Assembly: GCA_013815345.1 (NCBI GenBank) | Contig: JACDGK010000004.1 | Location: 10,361-74,360 of the forward strand | From: Patescibacteria group bacterium | GTDB taxonomy: Bacteria > Patescibacteriota > Minisyncoccia > Phycocordibacterales > Phycocordibacteraceae | Length of the DNA: 64,000 bases | Reading direction: 5' to 3' | In this document: piece by piece, positions 48,888-57,738 of the stretch | Layout of the letters: the number at the start of each line of letters is the position of its first letter | Numbering within the stretch: position 1 is the first letter of the stretch | The notes under the pieces: model-generated | What the model saw: the letters and a program-made list of their open reading frames with translations, nothing else | The model's database searches: none | What the model was told of the DNA's origin: nothing | Program-made: the position numbers and the translations under genes

Positions 48888-49829
48888 ATGCTTTATTCCC
48901 GAATATCTGTAGTGGTGCCGATCTTTAACGAAGAGGGCAATCTGACTATCCTCGATCGCGAGCTCAAAAATGTGCTGCCTTCAATAGCTCTTAACTATGA
49001 AATTATTTATGTAAATGACGCGAGCACTGACGCGACGCTGAATGAACTTTCTCTTCTTGAAAATGTGACGGTTATTACTCTCCGAAGACGGTATGGGCAG
49101 GCAACAGCGCTTGCCGCAGGATTTGCGCGTGCCTCGGGAGAAATTATTATTTCCATAGATGGTGACGGTCAAAATGATCCGGCTGATATACCGCTCTTGC
49201 TTTCAACGCTCCAAAATCGAAATGTTGATGTCGTAACCGGATGGCGCCAGCATCGCCGTGAGAGAAATGGTATTCGTGTTCTTACGAATCTCGGCCGGTA
49301 TCTCCGAAAAATCATCATTCATGATCCCGTGCATGATACAGGGTGTACGCTCCGCGCGTACCGCGCGGAGGCGGTTAAAAGTCTGAGTCTCCATGGGGAA
49401 ATGCACCGCTATATCTTGGCGCTACTTCGTTGGAAAGGATTTACAATCGAAGAAGTAGTGGTAAAAGATCGAACACGGAGGCACGGAGTAAGCAAGTACG
49501 GCTACAGTAAAGCCATACGGGGATTTATCGATCTCATATACATCTGGTTTATTTATAAATATTCCGATCGGCCGCTTCATCTTTTCGGCTATTTGAGCCT
49601 TAGCGCTTTCGGTCTCGGCCTTATTTCTGCACTACTGACCCTCTATGATCGCCTTGTGCTAGATGTGCACCTTAACAGTGATGGATGGTTTTTCCTCACC
49701 TTCTTTCTCCTTATCGTCGCCGTGATGTTCTTTTCTTTCGGCATCATCATTGAGCTTATAATGCGAATGTATCTCAGCACCTCGTCTTCTGAAAAACCGT
49801 ATTACATAAAAAGTATTATCACGCTATGA
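48888..49829 (+). CDS. GT2 polyprenyl-phosphate glycosyltransferase (Dpm1/ArnC/GtrB-like) with two C-terminal TM helices
   Basis: ISVVVPIFNEEGNL, YVNDASTD, DGDGQN and a C-terminal hydrophobic anchor. Confidence 0.85.
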   Translation: MLYSRISVVVPIFNEEGNLTILDRELKNVLPSIALNYEIIYVNDASTDATLNELSLLENVTVITLRRRYGQATALAAGFARASGEIIISIDGDGQNDPADIPLLLSTLQNRNVDVVTGWRQHRRERNGIRVLTNLGRYLRKIIIHDPVHDTGCTLRAYRAEAVKSLSLHGEMHRYILALLRWKGFTIEEVVVKDRTRRHGVSKYGYSKAIRGFIDLIYIWFIYKYSDRPLHLFGYLSLSAFGLGLISALLTLYDRLVLDVHLNSDGWFFLTFFLLIVAVMFFSFGIIIELIMRMYLSTSSSEKPYYIKSIITL

Positions 49830-49861
49830 TAAGGATTCATTACGATTTTTAATTCACCAGC

Positions 49862-50305
49862 ATGCAAAAGAAGGTACAGGGAAAATTCAGTCCTGGAGAT
49901 TTTAGATTAAAAGTAAAACGATCGAGTGCAGGACTCGGTTTGTATGCGGAAGAAGCAATTCCAAAAGGGAAGTGCATTATTGAATACACCGGACGGGTCA
50001 TTTCTAAAGAAGAAGAGTATAAAAGCCGAAGTAAATATCTTTTCGAGATTAACAAAGATAAGACCATAGATGGCACAACGCGACGCAATACTGCTCGGTA
50101 TATTAACCACTCATGCCGCCCAAATGCCGAAGTAGAGATTCGCAAAGGGAGAGTCTTCATACTGGCACGACGCGCCATCAAAGAAGGAGAAGAACTTTCA
50201 TATGACTATGGAAAAGAATATATTGATGAGCATATCAAACCCTACGGATGCCGGTGTATAAAGTGTAAGCCTTCTCTTCACGTTCTTCTTAAGAAATCTG
50301 CTTGA
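49862..50305 (+). CDS. SET-domain protein-lysine N-methyltransferase with post-SET Cys motif
   Basis: GLGLYAEEAIPKG, RYINHSCRPNAEV, ELSYDYG, and post-SET CRCIKCKP. Confidence 0.85.
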   Translation: MQKKVQGKFSPGDFRLKVKRSSAGLGLYAEEAIPKGKCIIEYTGRVISKEEEYKSRSKYLFEINKDKTIDGTTRRNTARYINHSCRPNAEVEIRKGRVFILARRAIKEGEELSYDYGKEYIDEHIKPYGCRCIKCKPSLHVLLKKSA

Positions 50306-52352
50306 GAATTTCTTCAATATCCACGAGTCCTGCCGGTTTGGTCAGGTGGTAGTCGCAACCTGCGCCGTCTGCCTTTTGCTTATCCTCCTCTTGACCGTAT
50401 CCCGTAAGTGCGATGATTGTCCCGGAAAAAAGATGCACTTCTCGCAACTGACGCGCCACTTCATAGCCATCCATTTCGGGAAGTCCTATGTCGAGCAGGA
50501 TGACTCTCGGCTTAAATTCGTTCTCACTAACTAGCGCCTCGTTAGCGCCGAATGCAGTTTCAACCGTATGTCCTCGAAGTGTTAGAAGTTTTTGCAGTGC
50601 TTTAGCAGCTGCTTGGTTATCATCTACGACGAGTATCTTAAAATGGGGTCCCATAATGGAAGAAAAGAATGAAGATACAGGGTTTTTAGCAATGATAGCG
50701 GTCTGGATCAGGTTTTCTTGAGGATCGCTATACCGCAAACGTACGATAAATTCACTGCCTTGTCCAGGTCCTGCACTTTGCGCCTCAATTGTCCCCCCAT
50801 GCAGCTCAACAAGGGTGCGGGCGAGAGAAAGGCCGATACCGAGTCCCGCTGTCCTTTTCCGGTTACCCCTTTCAATCTGCATAAAAGGATCAAATATGTG
50901 TTTAAGGAGCGAAGATTCAATGCCAATTCCCGAATCACAGATTCGCATCGTTATCGTCCCGGGAATTATCTTAACTTCAAGCTTTATCGTACCGCCCGGT
51001 TCGGTATATTTTGCAGCATTATTGAGAAGATTCAGTAAAATTTGTTCAAAACGAACAGGATCAACATTGAGATTTATTGTTTCGGGCGGAAGATTGAGCG
51101 TAAAAGTATGATCGCGTTCCTGCATAAGGGGCTCAACCATACGAACGCTTCGCATGATAATTTCTGAGAGGTCGACCACTTCCTTCTCTATTTTGAATTT
51201 TTGACGCGAAATACGTGAAATGTCGAGCAGATCATCGAGCAAATGTCGTATCATTGCGATGCTCCGTCCCATGACCTCTACCAACTCTTCTTGATCAATA
51301 GCAGAAAGGCTTCCCATTCGCAAGATGTCCAACGAACTCACGAGTGGAGCAAGAGGATTTCGAAGCTCGTGGGCAAGCGTAGCGATAAACTCACTTTTTG
51401 CAGTATCTTCAATGCTGATTCGTGCGACCGCTTTTTCAAGCTGCTCCACGTGGTCGCGGAGCGCATCGGCGGCATTTTTTCGTTCCTCAGCAATCGAGGC
51501 GAGGATGAGGAATATAAGCGAAATAATGATAAGAAATATCTCTGACTGGAGTAATCGTGTTCCAAGAGCGGCGACCGCATGGGTTGCAGGGAAACCGACT
51601 GCCGTTCCCACAAGTACTAAAAAAGCGTTTAAAAACAAAGCAAGTGTGGTAGCACGTACTCCCATGCGGAGTGCTATCCAGAAAAGTGGCACGAGCATGA
51701 TGTAAATAAGAGATATTTGAACGAACGTTGTATAGGGAGTCCAGAATAAAAAAATATCGATTGCGCCAAGAAATCCAAAAGCGAGAATAGTTTCTCCGAG
51801 TTCTTTTCTTTTCCAGGTAAATCGAGGAGCAGATATCCATCGAAGAATGAGGGGAGTCATGATGAGAATACTGAGTATTTCTCCGCTCCACCAATGACCC
51901 CAGCTCGATGAGAGGTTTGTAATAGGAAGTAGGCCGCTTACGAATTCGATCCAGATACCTATTGTGGGAACAACCATGGTCACCAGCACGGTGATCAACA
52001 CCAATACGAACGTATCGTAGAGCCTTTCAATCTTAGGATGAAATTTTAATTGTTTGAGAAGATAGGCACCTAAAAGCGCTTGGCCTGCATTTGCAAGCGC
52101 GATGACTATGGCTATCAGTAGCGGATTACCGTTTAAGAGAAGTTGTAAAAAAGAAGCCAGCGCAATGGCTGGCCACAGAGCAGAGCCCCACAGTATAAGA
52201 CCTCCCAGCGCGATGCCAGCAGCAGGCCATATAAAGGAGGGCGCAGTACCTGCGGCATGAATATAGGAACCGAGCTCAGAAGCGAGAAAACAGAGAATAA
52301 ACAAAAATCCTAGTCGGACGAATTCTTGCGAGGTGTAGCTTCTCTTCAACAT
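50289..52352 (-). CDS. Hybrid sensor histidine kinase: large polytopic N-terminal sensor, HisKA, HATPase_c, C-terminal receiver
   Basis: ATLAHELRNPL, NLLNNAAKYT, GLGIGLSL, and the receiver ILVVDDN...LLDIGLPEMDGYEV...LTKP. Confidence 0.85.
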   Translation of the reverse strand: MLKRSYTSQEFVRLGFLFILCFLASELGSYIHAAGTAPSFIWPAAGIALGGLILWGSALWPAIALASFLQLLLNGNPLLIAIVIALANAGQALLGAYLLKQLKFHPKIERLYDTFVLVLITVLVTMVVPTIGIWIEFVSGLLPITNLSSSWGHWWSGEILSILIMTPLILRWISAPRFTWKRKELGETILAFGFLGAIDIFLFWTPYTTFVQISLIYIMLVPLFWIALRMGVRATTLALFLNAFLVLVGTAVGFPATHAVAALGTRLLQSEIFLIIISLIFLILASIAEERKNAADALRDHVEQLEKAVARISIEDTAKSEFIATLAHELRNPLAPLVSSLDILRMGSLSAIDQEELVEVMGRSIAMIRHLLDDLLDISRISRQKFKIEKEVVDLSEIIMRSVRMVEPLMQERDHTFTLNLPPETINLNVDPVRFEQILLNLLNNAAKYTEPGGTIKLEVKIIPGTITMRICDSGIGIESSLLKHIFDPFMQIERGNRKRTAGLGIGLSLARTLVELHGGTIEAQSAGPGQGSEFIVRLRYSDPQENLIQTAIIAKNPVSSFFSSIMGPHFKILVVDDNQAAAKALQKLLTLRGHTVETAFGANEALVSENEFKPRVILLDIGLPEMDGYEVARQLREVHLFSGTIIALTGYGQEEDKQKADGAGCDYHLTKPAGLVDIEEILKQIS

Positions 52353-52379
52353 AGGGAGATAAGCGAATAGGAGTTGTTT

Positions 52380-52859
52380 CTAGGCAGTGGGGAACCATCC
52401 ACTCGCTTTCTTTGTTTGTATTTTTTTGGGAGTTTCAGGCTCACCTTTTCCATTCTCGCACAGTTTTTTCAGACTGAGCAACGAACGTTCCCACTGAGTG
52501 GCAGAAGCACCTTGGCTTGTCGCAGCATTTTTCCAATTGCTATGTTCAAACAAAACTACGGTATCTCGATTTTGACCTTCAGTAAGCTGGAACGTTATCT
52601 TTGTCCCAAGCCACTCTTTCCCGAGTAAAAAAGTAGCACTGGTGACGGCCCAGACAAGGCATTTATTCTTGCGCGCTTCAGTCACCTCTAGCGTGATAGT
52701 TAACCCTTCACCAAAGCCAAGACGCAGCTCACCACCCTTTTCAGGACTACCCTGAATAGCGGTGGTCCACCAGCTCCGCAGGCCGCCGAGCGTAGATATG
52801 ACTTCATACACCTCCGAAATAGAGGCGCTGATTTCGACACGATGAGTAATAGTGGCCAT
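52380..52859 (-). CDS. SRPBCC superfamily protein (AHSA1/Aha1-like, activator of Hsp90 ATPase homolog)
   Basis: ITHRVEISASISEVYEVIS...GLRSWW. Confidence 0.75.
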   Translation of the reverse strand: MATITHRVEISASISEVYEVISTLGGLRSWWTTAIQGSPEKGGELRLGFGEGLTITLEVTEARKNKCLVWAVTSATFLLGKEWLGTKITFQLTEGQNRDTVVLFEHSNWKNAATSQGASATQWERSLLSLKKLCENGKGEPETPKKIQTKKASGWFPTA

Positions 52860-52887
52860 ACAAAAATAGAAACAGAAAATGCCAGAA

Positions 52888-52920
52888 ACAAAAGCGCCCG
52901 CTTTGCGGGCGCTTTTGTCT
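52888..52920. terminator. Palindromic intrinsic terminator AAAAGCGCCCGC-TTTG-CGGGCGCTTTT immediately 3' of the cold-shock gene
   Basis: Perfect GC stem with A/T-run flanks. Confidence 0.7.
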
Positions 52921-53121
52921 TTAGACTTTGCTTACGTTGACCGCGTTTGGACCCTTGGGACCTTCGCCGACTTCAAACGTAACCTTGTCCCCTTCGCGAA
53001 GATCATCGAACTTTACGTTCTTGAGCTCGTTAGAGTGGAAAAAGAGATCTTTGTCCATTCCTTCGCGACGGATGAAACCGAAGCCCTTGATGTTGAGCCC
53101 GGCAATTATTCCTTCCTCCAT
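52921..53121 (-). CDS. Cold-shock protein (CspA family)
   Basis: GLNIKGFGFIRREG...DLFFH (RNP1/RNP2 of the cold-shock domain). Confidence 0.95.
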   Translation of the reverse strand: MEEGIIAGLNIKGFGFIRREGMDKDLFFHSNELKNVKFDDLREGDKVTFEVGEGPKGPNAVNVSKV

Positions 53122-53226
53122 AGTGATTTCTTGACTTGATATGCACGCGAATAACTATCAAGACAGGAGGCTGAAGGTCGAAACTCGATCCTCGCTTCTC
53201 GTAGTCAGCGCTGCTTTGATAAGACC

Positions 53227-53255
53227 AGTTTACAATATACAAAAATGTATGTCAA
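53227..53255 (-). promoter_or_regulatory. Candidate sigma-70 promoter (TTGACA-17-TAAACT on minus strand) giving a ~110 nt csp 5' UTR
   Basis: Read on the minus strand: TTGACATACATTTTTGTATATTGTAAACT. Confidence 0.3.
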
Positions 53256-53384
53256 TCGCGAGGAAGTATGAAATAAGGCAACTTCATTCGTTCTTAATCT
53301 GCGGTATACTTATATACAGGTGGTTGCCTGTACCTTTCCTAGGAGACGCACAGATATAGAATTACTCGCTAATATTTCTGTTAT

Positions 53385-53645
53385 ATGGGAATTATTCTTT
53401 GGATTGTATTCGGGGCTATTGTGGGCTGGGTTGCTTCGCTTATCATGAAGACACGTGGAGGTATCGTCATGGACATCATCGTAGGTATCGTAGGGGCCGT
53501 CATCGGAGGATGGGCTATGAGTTTCTTCGGTGGTGCACCAGTAGGTGGCTTTAATCTCTACAGTTTTGTGGTGGCTCTTATCGGAGCGGTCATACTTCTC
53601 GCTATCGTGAAAGCGGTAAGCGGCAAGAGATCAGCACTCGTATAA
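53385..53645 (+). CDS. GlsB/YeaQ/YmgE family transglycosylase-associated membrane protein
   Basis: IILWIVFGAIVGWVASLIM...IIVGIVGAVIGGW. Confidence 0.85.
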   Translation: MGIILWIVFGAIVGWVASLIMKTRGGIVMDIIVGIVGAVIGGWAMSFFGGAPVGGFNLYSFVVALIGAVILLAIVKAVSGKRSALV

Positions 53646-53674
53646 GACAAAGAATTTCAGAGACAGAGTACAAT

Positions 53675-53712
53675 GCGAAAAAGGCTCCAGTATGGAGCCT
53701 TTTTCGCATTGT
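53675..53712. terminator. Intrinsic terminator GCGAAAAAGGCTCCA-GTA-TGGAGCCTTTTTCGC
   Basis: Perfect extended palindrome with a T-run after the GlsB gene. Confidence 0.7.
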
Positions 53713-53746
53713 AAGAACAAAAGACCTGCTACGTCTCTTACAGTAT

Positions 53747-54808
53747 ATGAAATCCAACACTTTTTTCGTGAGGAAATTCGCTATTTTTGCCTTATTTATA
53801 ACTCTGGGAGTAGGTCTTGTGCCTGCTGCGAGGGCCTATGCAGATGTGTCAGTGGCTCCGGAACCAGGTATTCCTACCTGCTATCCCCTGAATCAAATTA
53901 CCCAAAACCTTTATTTCGGTTCGAGAGATGCCTACACAAATGGGGAAGTGAGCAAACTGCAAACCTTCTTAAATCAAAAGGGATACTTTTCTTATCCCTC
54001 TATCGGTATTTTTGGGCCTCTTACGCTTGCTTCGGTGCAGCGATTCCAAGCAGCTAACGGCGTATCCTCGACTGGCTATGTAGGGCCAATAACTCGAGGC
54101 GTGATTCAGCGCATGCTCTGTGGCAATCCTGTTCCTCCCGAGAGCAGCGTCAACATTAATTCTATTTCTCCAACATCAGGAGCGGTAGGAACAACCGTAA
54201 GCATTACGGGATATGGATTTACTTCGGACAACACCGTTCTCTTTGCAGGTGGCGCTATCAGAAATGTGCCGGTATCTTCAAGTATTGCTATTGCGTGTAC
54301 CACCGATCCTAATTGTCGGGGAGGTATTCGCCAAACGTTACTCTTTACGGTGCCGTCATCTATCGGACCTAATTGTCCTCCGGGCTCCCTCTGTCCTCTC
54401 TATGCGCGTCTCGTAACTCCGGGCGACTATCAAATCTCAGTCCAAAATACCAACGGCACGAGCAATGCCGTGACGTTTACGGTCACTTCTGGAAATCCGT
54501 TTCCGGGGCAACAGCCTCTCACGATAAGCGGCCTTGATGCACCGGCTCATTTGTCGGTAGGGGACACGGGCAGCTTTACCATCCACGTGAGCGACATCGG
54601 GGCTTCTTCAAATCTCCACTACTCAATAGTGTGGGGAGATGAATTGCAGACTCTCTCACCAGCTTCTGCGAGCTTTGCTCGAACTATTCAACCTTCTGCA
54701 AGCGTTACTCACACGTATACGCGTTCAGGCACTTTCACTCCGGTGTTTACCGTAACGAATGATGCAGGACAGTCGGCGAATATAAGTTCAACCGTGGTAG
54801 TGAATTAG
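53747..54808 (+). CDS. Secreted protein with peptidoglycan-binding (PG_binding_1) domain and IPT/TIG-like beta-sandwich repeats
   Basis: Signal peptide. VSKLQTFLNQKGYF...LTLASVQRFQAANGVSSTGYVGPITRG. ISPTSGAVGTTVSITGYGF. Confidence 0.65.
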   Translation: MKSNTFFVRKFAIFALFITLGVGLVPAARAYADVSVAPEPGIPTCYPLNQITQNLYFGSRDAYTNGEVSKLQTFLNQKGYFSYPSIGIFGPLTLASVQRFQAANGVSSTGYVGPITRGVIQRMLCGNPVPPESSVNINSISPTSGAVGTTVSITGYGFTSDNTVLFAGGAIRNVPVSSSIAIACTTDPNCRGGIRQTLLFTVPSSIGPNCPPGSLCPLYARLVTPGDYQISVQNTNGTSNAVTFTVTSGNPFPGQQPLTISGLDAPAHLSVGDTGSFTIHVSDIGASSNLHYSIVWGDELQTLSPASASFARTIQPSASVTHTYTRSGTFTPVFTVTNDAGQSANISSTVVVN

Positions 54809-54820
54809 TATAAAGAAAGA

Positions 54821-54892
54821 ATCCGGCCGAGGAATTCCTCGGCCGGATTTTTCATAATAAAAAGACTCCAAGTACCCCTGGAGTCTAAACTC
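54821..54892. terminator. Two tandem intrinsic terminators between convergent genes (ATCCGGCCGAGG-AATT-CCTCGGCCGGAT + TTTT; AGACTCCA-N8-TGGAGTCT)
   Basis: A 12 bp perfect palindrome with T-run serves the + gene. The second hairpin is followed by a T-run on the minus strand and serves purD. Confidence 0.7.
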
Positions 54893-54910
54893 TAACTTTG
54901 AGCAGAATCA

Positions 54911-56188
54911 CTATATCGTAAGAGCAATATCAGACCGGAACCATTTGCCTTTGAAATCAATCCATTCGGCAATCTGCAGCGCTCTCCTGCGGGCAATAGG
55001 GAAGGTAGCTCCCATACCCACAACGCTCATCACCCGCCCACCCGCGGTGATGAGCTCACTCTCATTCTCCAGGGTGCCTGCATGGAAAATATGCACGGGT
55101 GCAGTAATCGCGTCTTCTTCTCCCCGAATACAATTGCCGATCTCATATTTTCCGGGATATCCTTTGCTCGCTAATACGAAACACACCGCCACGTCCGATG
55201 CAATTTCGAAAGGAGGGAGTGTTGAGAGCCCACCAAACGTAAGCGTGGCGAGCAGATAAGGGACAAGATCGGATTTCAGACGAGGCAAAATAACTTGCGT
55301 CTCTGGATCACCCCAACGGATATTCCATTCGAGAAGTTTAGGACCATCTATAGTCAGCATGAGTCCCGCAAAGAGAACTCCGTGGTAGGGAGTACCACGA
55401 TCAGCGAGCGCGCGTAAGGTCGGAATAAAAAATTCCGTCCGAATACGTTCGAGCATGGCAGCATTCACGCGCGGTTCGGGAGAGTATGCACCCATGCCGC
55501 CAGTATTTGGGCCTTTGTCACCAACATACGCGCGCTTATAATCATGCGCGGCTTGGAAGATCATCGCGTTTTCGCCATCGCACAGTCCCATTACCGAAAC
55601 GTCAAATCCTTCGAGTTTTTGCTCGATGACGATGCGGGATCCCGCCTCGTCATGGATTTTCTCCACCATCATTTCGTAGGCCGCGCCGATAGCGTCTTTT
55701 TTAGTGTCAGCGACCCTGACTCCTTTTCCAGCACAAGGCCCATCGGCTTTGATCACCAGTGGCGCTCCCCACGCAAGAATAATTTGTCGTGCGCATTCGA
55801 AGCTATGCGGCACACGATATTCCGCAGTGGGAATATTATTTTCCGTACAGAACTTTTTGGTGAAGATTTTGCTTCCCTCAAGCCTCGCGCCTGTGGCGTC
55901 GGGGCCAACACAAGGAATGCCATTGGCTCCCAAAAGCTCAGACAAGCCGCCGATGAGTGGCACCTCTGGGCCGATGATCACCGCGCTCACTTCTTCTTTT
56001 TTGCAAAGAGCAAGGATGCCGAGGAAATCCGATTCCTTTACGTTTCGTCGATCATTCTCGGCGATGCCTCCATTACCTGGCGTACAAAGTACCCGAGCAG
56101 TATAGGGACTTTTCTTGAGCGTGTCGGAAATGACATGTTCACGTGCTCCGCTCCCGACCACCAGCCAGGTCAGCGCTTTACCATTCAT
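54911..56188 (-). CDS. purD: Phosphoribosylamine--glycine ligase (start taken at ATG 56188; the ORF extends to 56266)
   Basis: MNGKALTWLVVGSGAREH at the N-terminus, and an ATP-grasp core. Confidence 0.9.
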   Translation of the reverse strand: MNGKALTWLVVGSGAREHVISDTLKKSPYTARVLCTPGNGGIAENDRRNVKESDFLGILALCKKEEVSAVIIGPEVPLIGGLSELLGANGIPCVGPDATGARLEGSKIFTKKFCTENNIPTAEYRVPHSFECARQIILAWGAPLVIKADGPCAGKGVRVADTKKDAIGAAYEMMVEKIHDEAGSRIVIEQKLEGFDVSVMGLCDGENAMIFQAAHDYKRAYVGDKGPNTGGMGAYSPEPRVNAAMLERIRTEFFIPTLRALADRGTPYHGVLFAGLMLTIDGPKLLEWNIRWGDPETQVILPRLKSDLVPYLLATLTFGGLSTLPPFEIASDVAVCFVLASKGYPGKYEIGNCIRGEEDAITAPVHIFHAGTLENESELITAGGRVMSVVGMGATFPIARRRALQIAEWIDFKGKWFRSDIALTI

Positions 56189-56280
56189 CAAAATCTCTCC
56201 GTTATAAGAGTTGGGAATTCTCGGTATCTCTGCTTTTAAGGTACGAGCGAGAACTGAGAAAGTCAATTATTGAAAAACCC

Positions 56281-56312
56281 TCAGATCATTTGATCTGAGG
56301 GTGCCCGTGTAA
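56281..56312 (-). terminator. Intrinsic terminator CCCTCAGATCA-TT-TGATCTGAGGG followed by TTTTTC on minus strand
   Basis: Perfect 11 bp palindrome. It is related to the hairpin at 16213-16240. Confidence 0.6.
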
Positions 56313-56340
56313 GGTTGTTCGGTAAACCATGCAGCATACT

Positions 56341-56838
56341 TTAATGACTCGTGTGAGCGTGTTGCTCTTCCGTATGCCGACGCAGTTTTCTAATATCTGA
56401 CCGAATGAGGTCGACGATCGCGGCGACCACCACATATGAAGCTAGGAGGGTGAGCAACTGGTCGCCGCTATGGGGCGTGTTGAGATCTTCTCCTTTATTC
56501 ACTTCCCAGTGGCACACCGAGCCACTGGGAGAATGAGGGGGAACTCCGCATGCAGCGATCCGCCCGCGAGCTGAGGAGCCCATTTTTCCGACGGCCCTCA
56601 TGACCTTGCTGCCATGGTGAACCCAGAAGTCGCACGGGCAGGTGTCGAAATCCATTTTCGTGTCCCTCGACTCTACGTCATATATATCGCCAATTTGCGA
56701 CAGGACGCTCGCGGCGACCCGATGAATGTACTGTTGTGAGCGCTGTTCCATGTCATGCTCCTTTCCAGAGCTCCTGCCGCATAATGCTTCGATTTTCCAT
56801 GGGAGAAAAACCATGCAGGGTCGTAGGCCGACCCTCAA
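56341..56838 (-). CDS. Hypothetical Cys/His-rich protein with C-terminal hydrophobic segment (alternative start at ATG 56751)
   Basis: 165 aa ORF. CPCDFWVHH and CGVPPHSPSGSVCHWE motifs. LLTLLASYVVVAAIVDLI is a tail anchor. Confidence 0.4.
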   Translation of the reverse strand: MRVGLRPCMVFLPWKIEALCGRSSGKEHDMEQRSQQYIHRVAASVLSQIGDIYDVESRDTKMDFDTCPCDFWVHHGSKVMRAVGKMGSSARGRIAACGVPPHSPSGSVCHWEVNKGEDLNTPHSGDQLLTLLASYVVVAAIVDLIRSDIRKLRRHTEEQHAHTSH

Positions 56839-56941
56839 CGTATATCACGACACGTGCAAATAGCAACTGTTTTATAGGGGTTAATTGACCCATTACCAAA
56901 AAAGAAGTACAGTTCACCCTCGAGATCTTTGGGAGTGACCG

Positions 56942-57244
56942 ATGAGTAAAAGAACACGCGAAGAGGCATTCGTGGAGCTTAAGTCTCGATTTTCAACACT
57001 CGGCTTCTTCTCCACTGGCCATGACTTGAGTCGGGAGAGATTAGTCGAAGTACTATGCGATGTGGAAACACGGCAACCGGGAAGGGCTCGGCAGCTCACG
57101 TGTTTCAAGCTCCGGTGGGGTTTTGGCTCTGAAGAGCCTATGACGTACGGGCAGATCGGCTCGCATTTTGGCGTGAGTGCGGAACGGGCACAAGAAATGA
57201 CCAACAGGGCTATTGGAACGCTCGGCCATTCGTCTTTCCGTTAA
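56942..57244 (+). CDS. Standalone sigma-70 region-4-like helix-turn-helix mini-protein (100 aa)
   Basis: TCFKLRWGFGSEEPMTYGQIGSHFGVSAERAQEMTNRAIGTLG aligns with the region 4 of this organism's RpoD ([41 protein letters not shown]). RBS GGAG 9 nt upstream. Confidence 0.65.
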   Translation: MSKRTREEAFVELKSRFSTLGFFSTGHDLSRERLVEVLCDVETRQPGRARQLTCFKLRWGFGSEEPMTYGQIGSHFGVSAERAQEMTNRAIGTLGHSSFR

Positions 57245-57319
57245 ACCCTGCATCCTGAGTGATTAACGATTCTTTCCACATAGCTGTCCTTACCGGATGG
57301 CTATTTTTTATTTTTCACT

Positions 57320-57715
57320 TCATTCTGTCACTTTCAGGGATAGTAATTCTGAAAGCATAGCTTTAAATTCAAGAGCCCCTACTGGCTTAGTGAGGTGAGC
57401 GGTAAAACCAGCAGAAAGAGCTTTTTCAATATCCTCTTGAAGACCGTATCCCGAAAGTGCTACTACCGGCAGGATATAGCCTCGAGTCCTGATTTCGTTG
57501 ACCACCTCATACCCGTCCATCTCGGGCATTCCAATATCGACGAAAGCTATGTCAGCGTGTTGATCATAAAGATAGGTAAGGAGATCGGAACCCGAATAGA
57601 AGGCTTGGGCGTTCCATCCAAGTGCGCTAATGAGTCGGACGAGGCAGTTGGCGGCAAGACGATTGTCATCGACAATAAGAACTTTTAGGGTACTTTGTTC
57701 CTTTTCATTCTCCAT
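57320..57715 (-). CDS. Single-domain response regulator (CheY-like receiver only)
   Basis: LIVDDN...IAFVDIGMPEMDGYEV...LTKP. Confidence 0.85.
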   Translation of the reverse strand: MENEKEQSTLKVLIVDDNRLAANCLVRLISALGWNAQAFYSGSDLLTYLYDQHADIAFVDIGMPEMDGYEVVNEIRTRGYILPVVALSGYGLQEDIEKALSAGFTAHLTKPVGALEFKAMLSELLSLKVTE

Positions 57716-57738
57716 ACACGATCATTATTTGCAGATAC

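Noticed and set aside
53692-54057. 121 aa + strand ORF overlapping the start of the secreted PG-binding protein gene
   Set aside because: It begins inside the GlsB terminator hairpin and overlaps the well-supported 53747-54808 gene in another frame. Its composition is Cys/Ser-rich and not protein-like.
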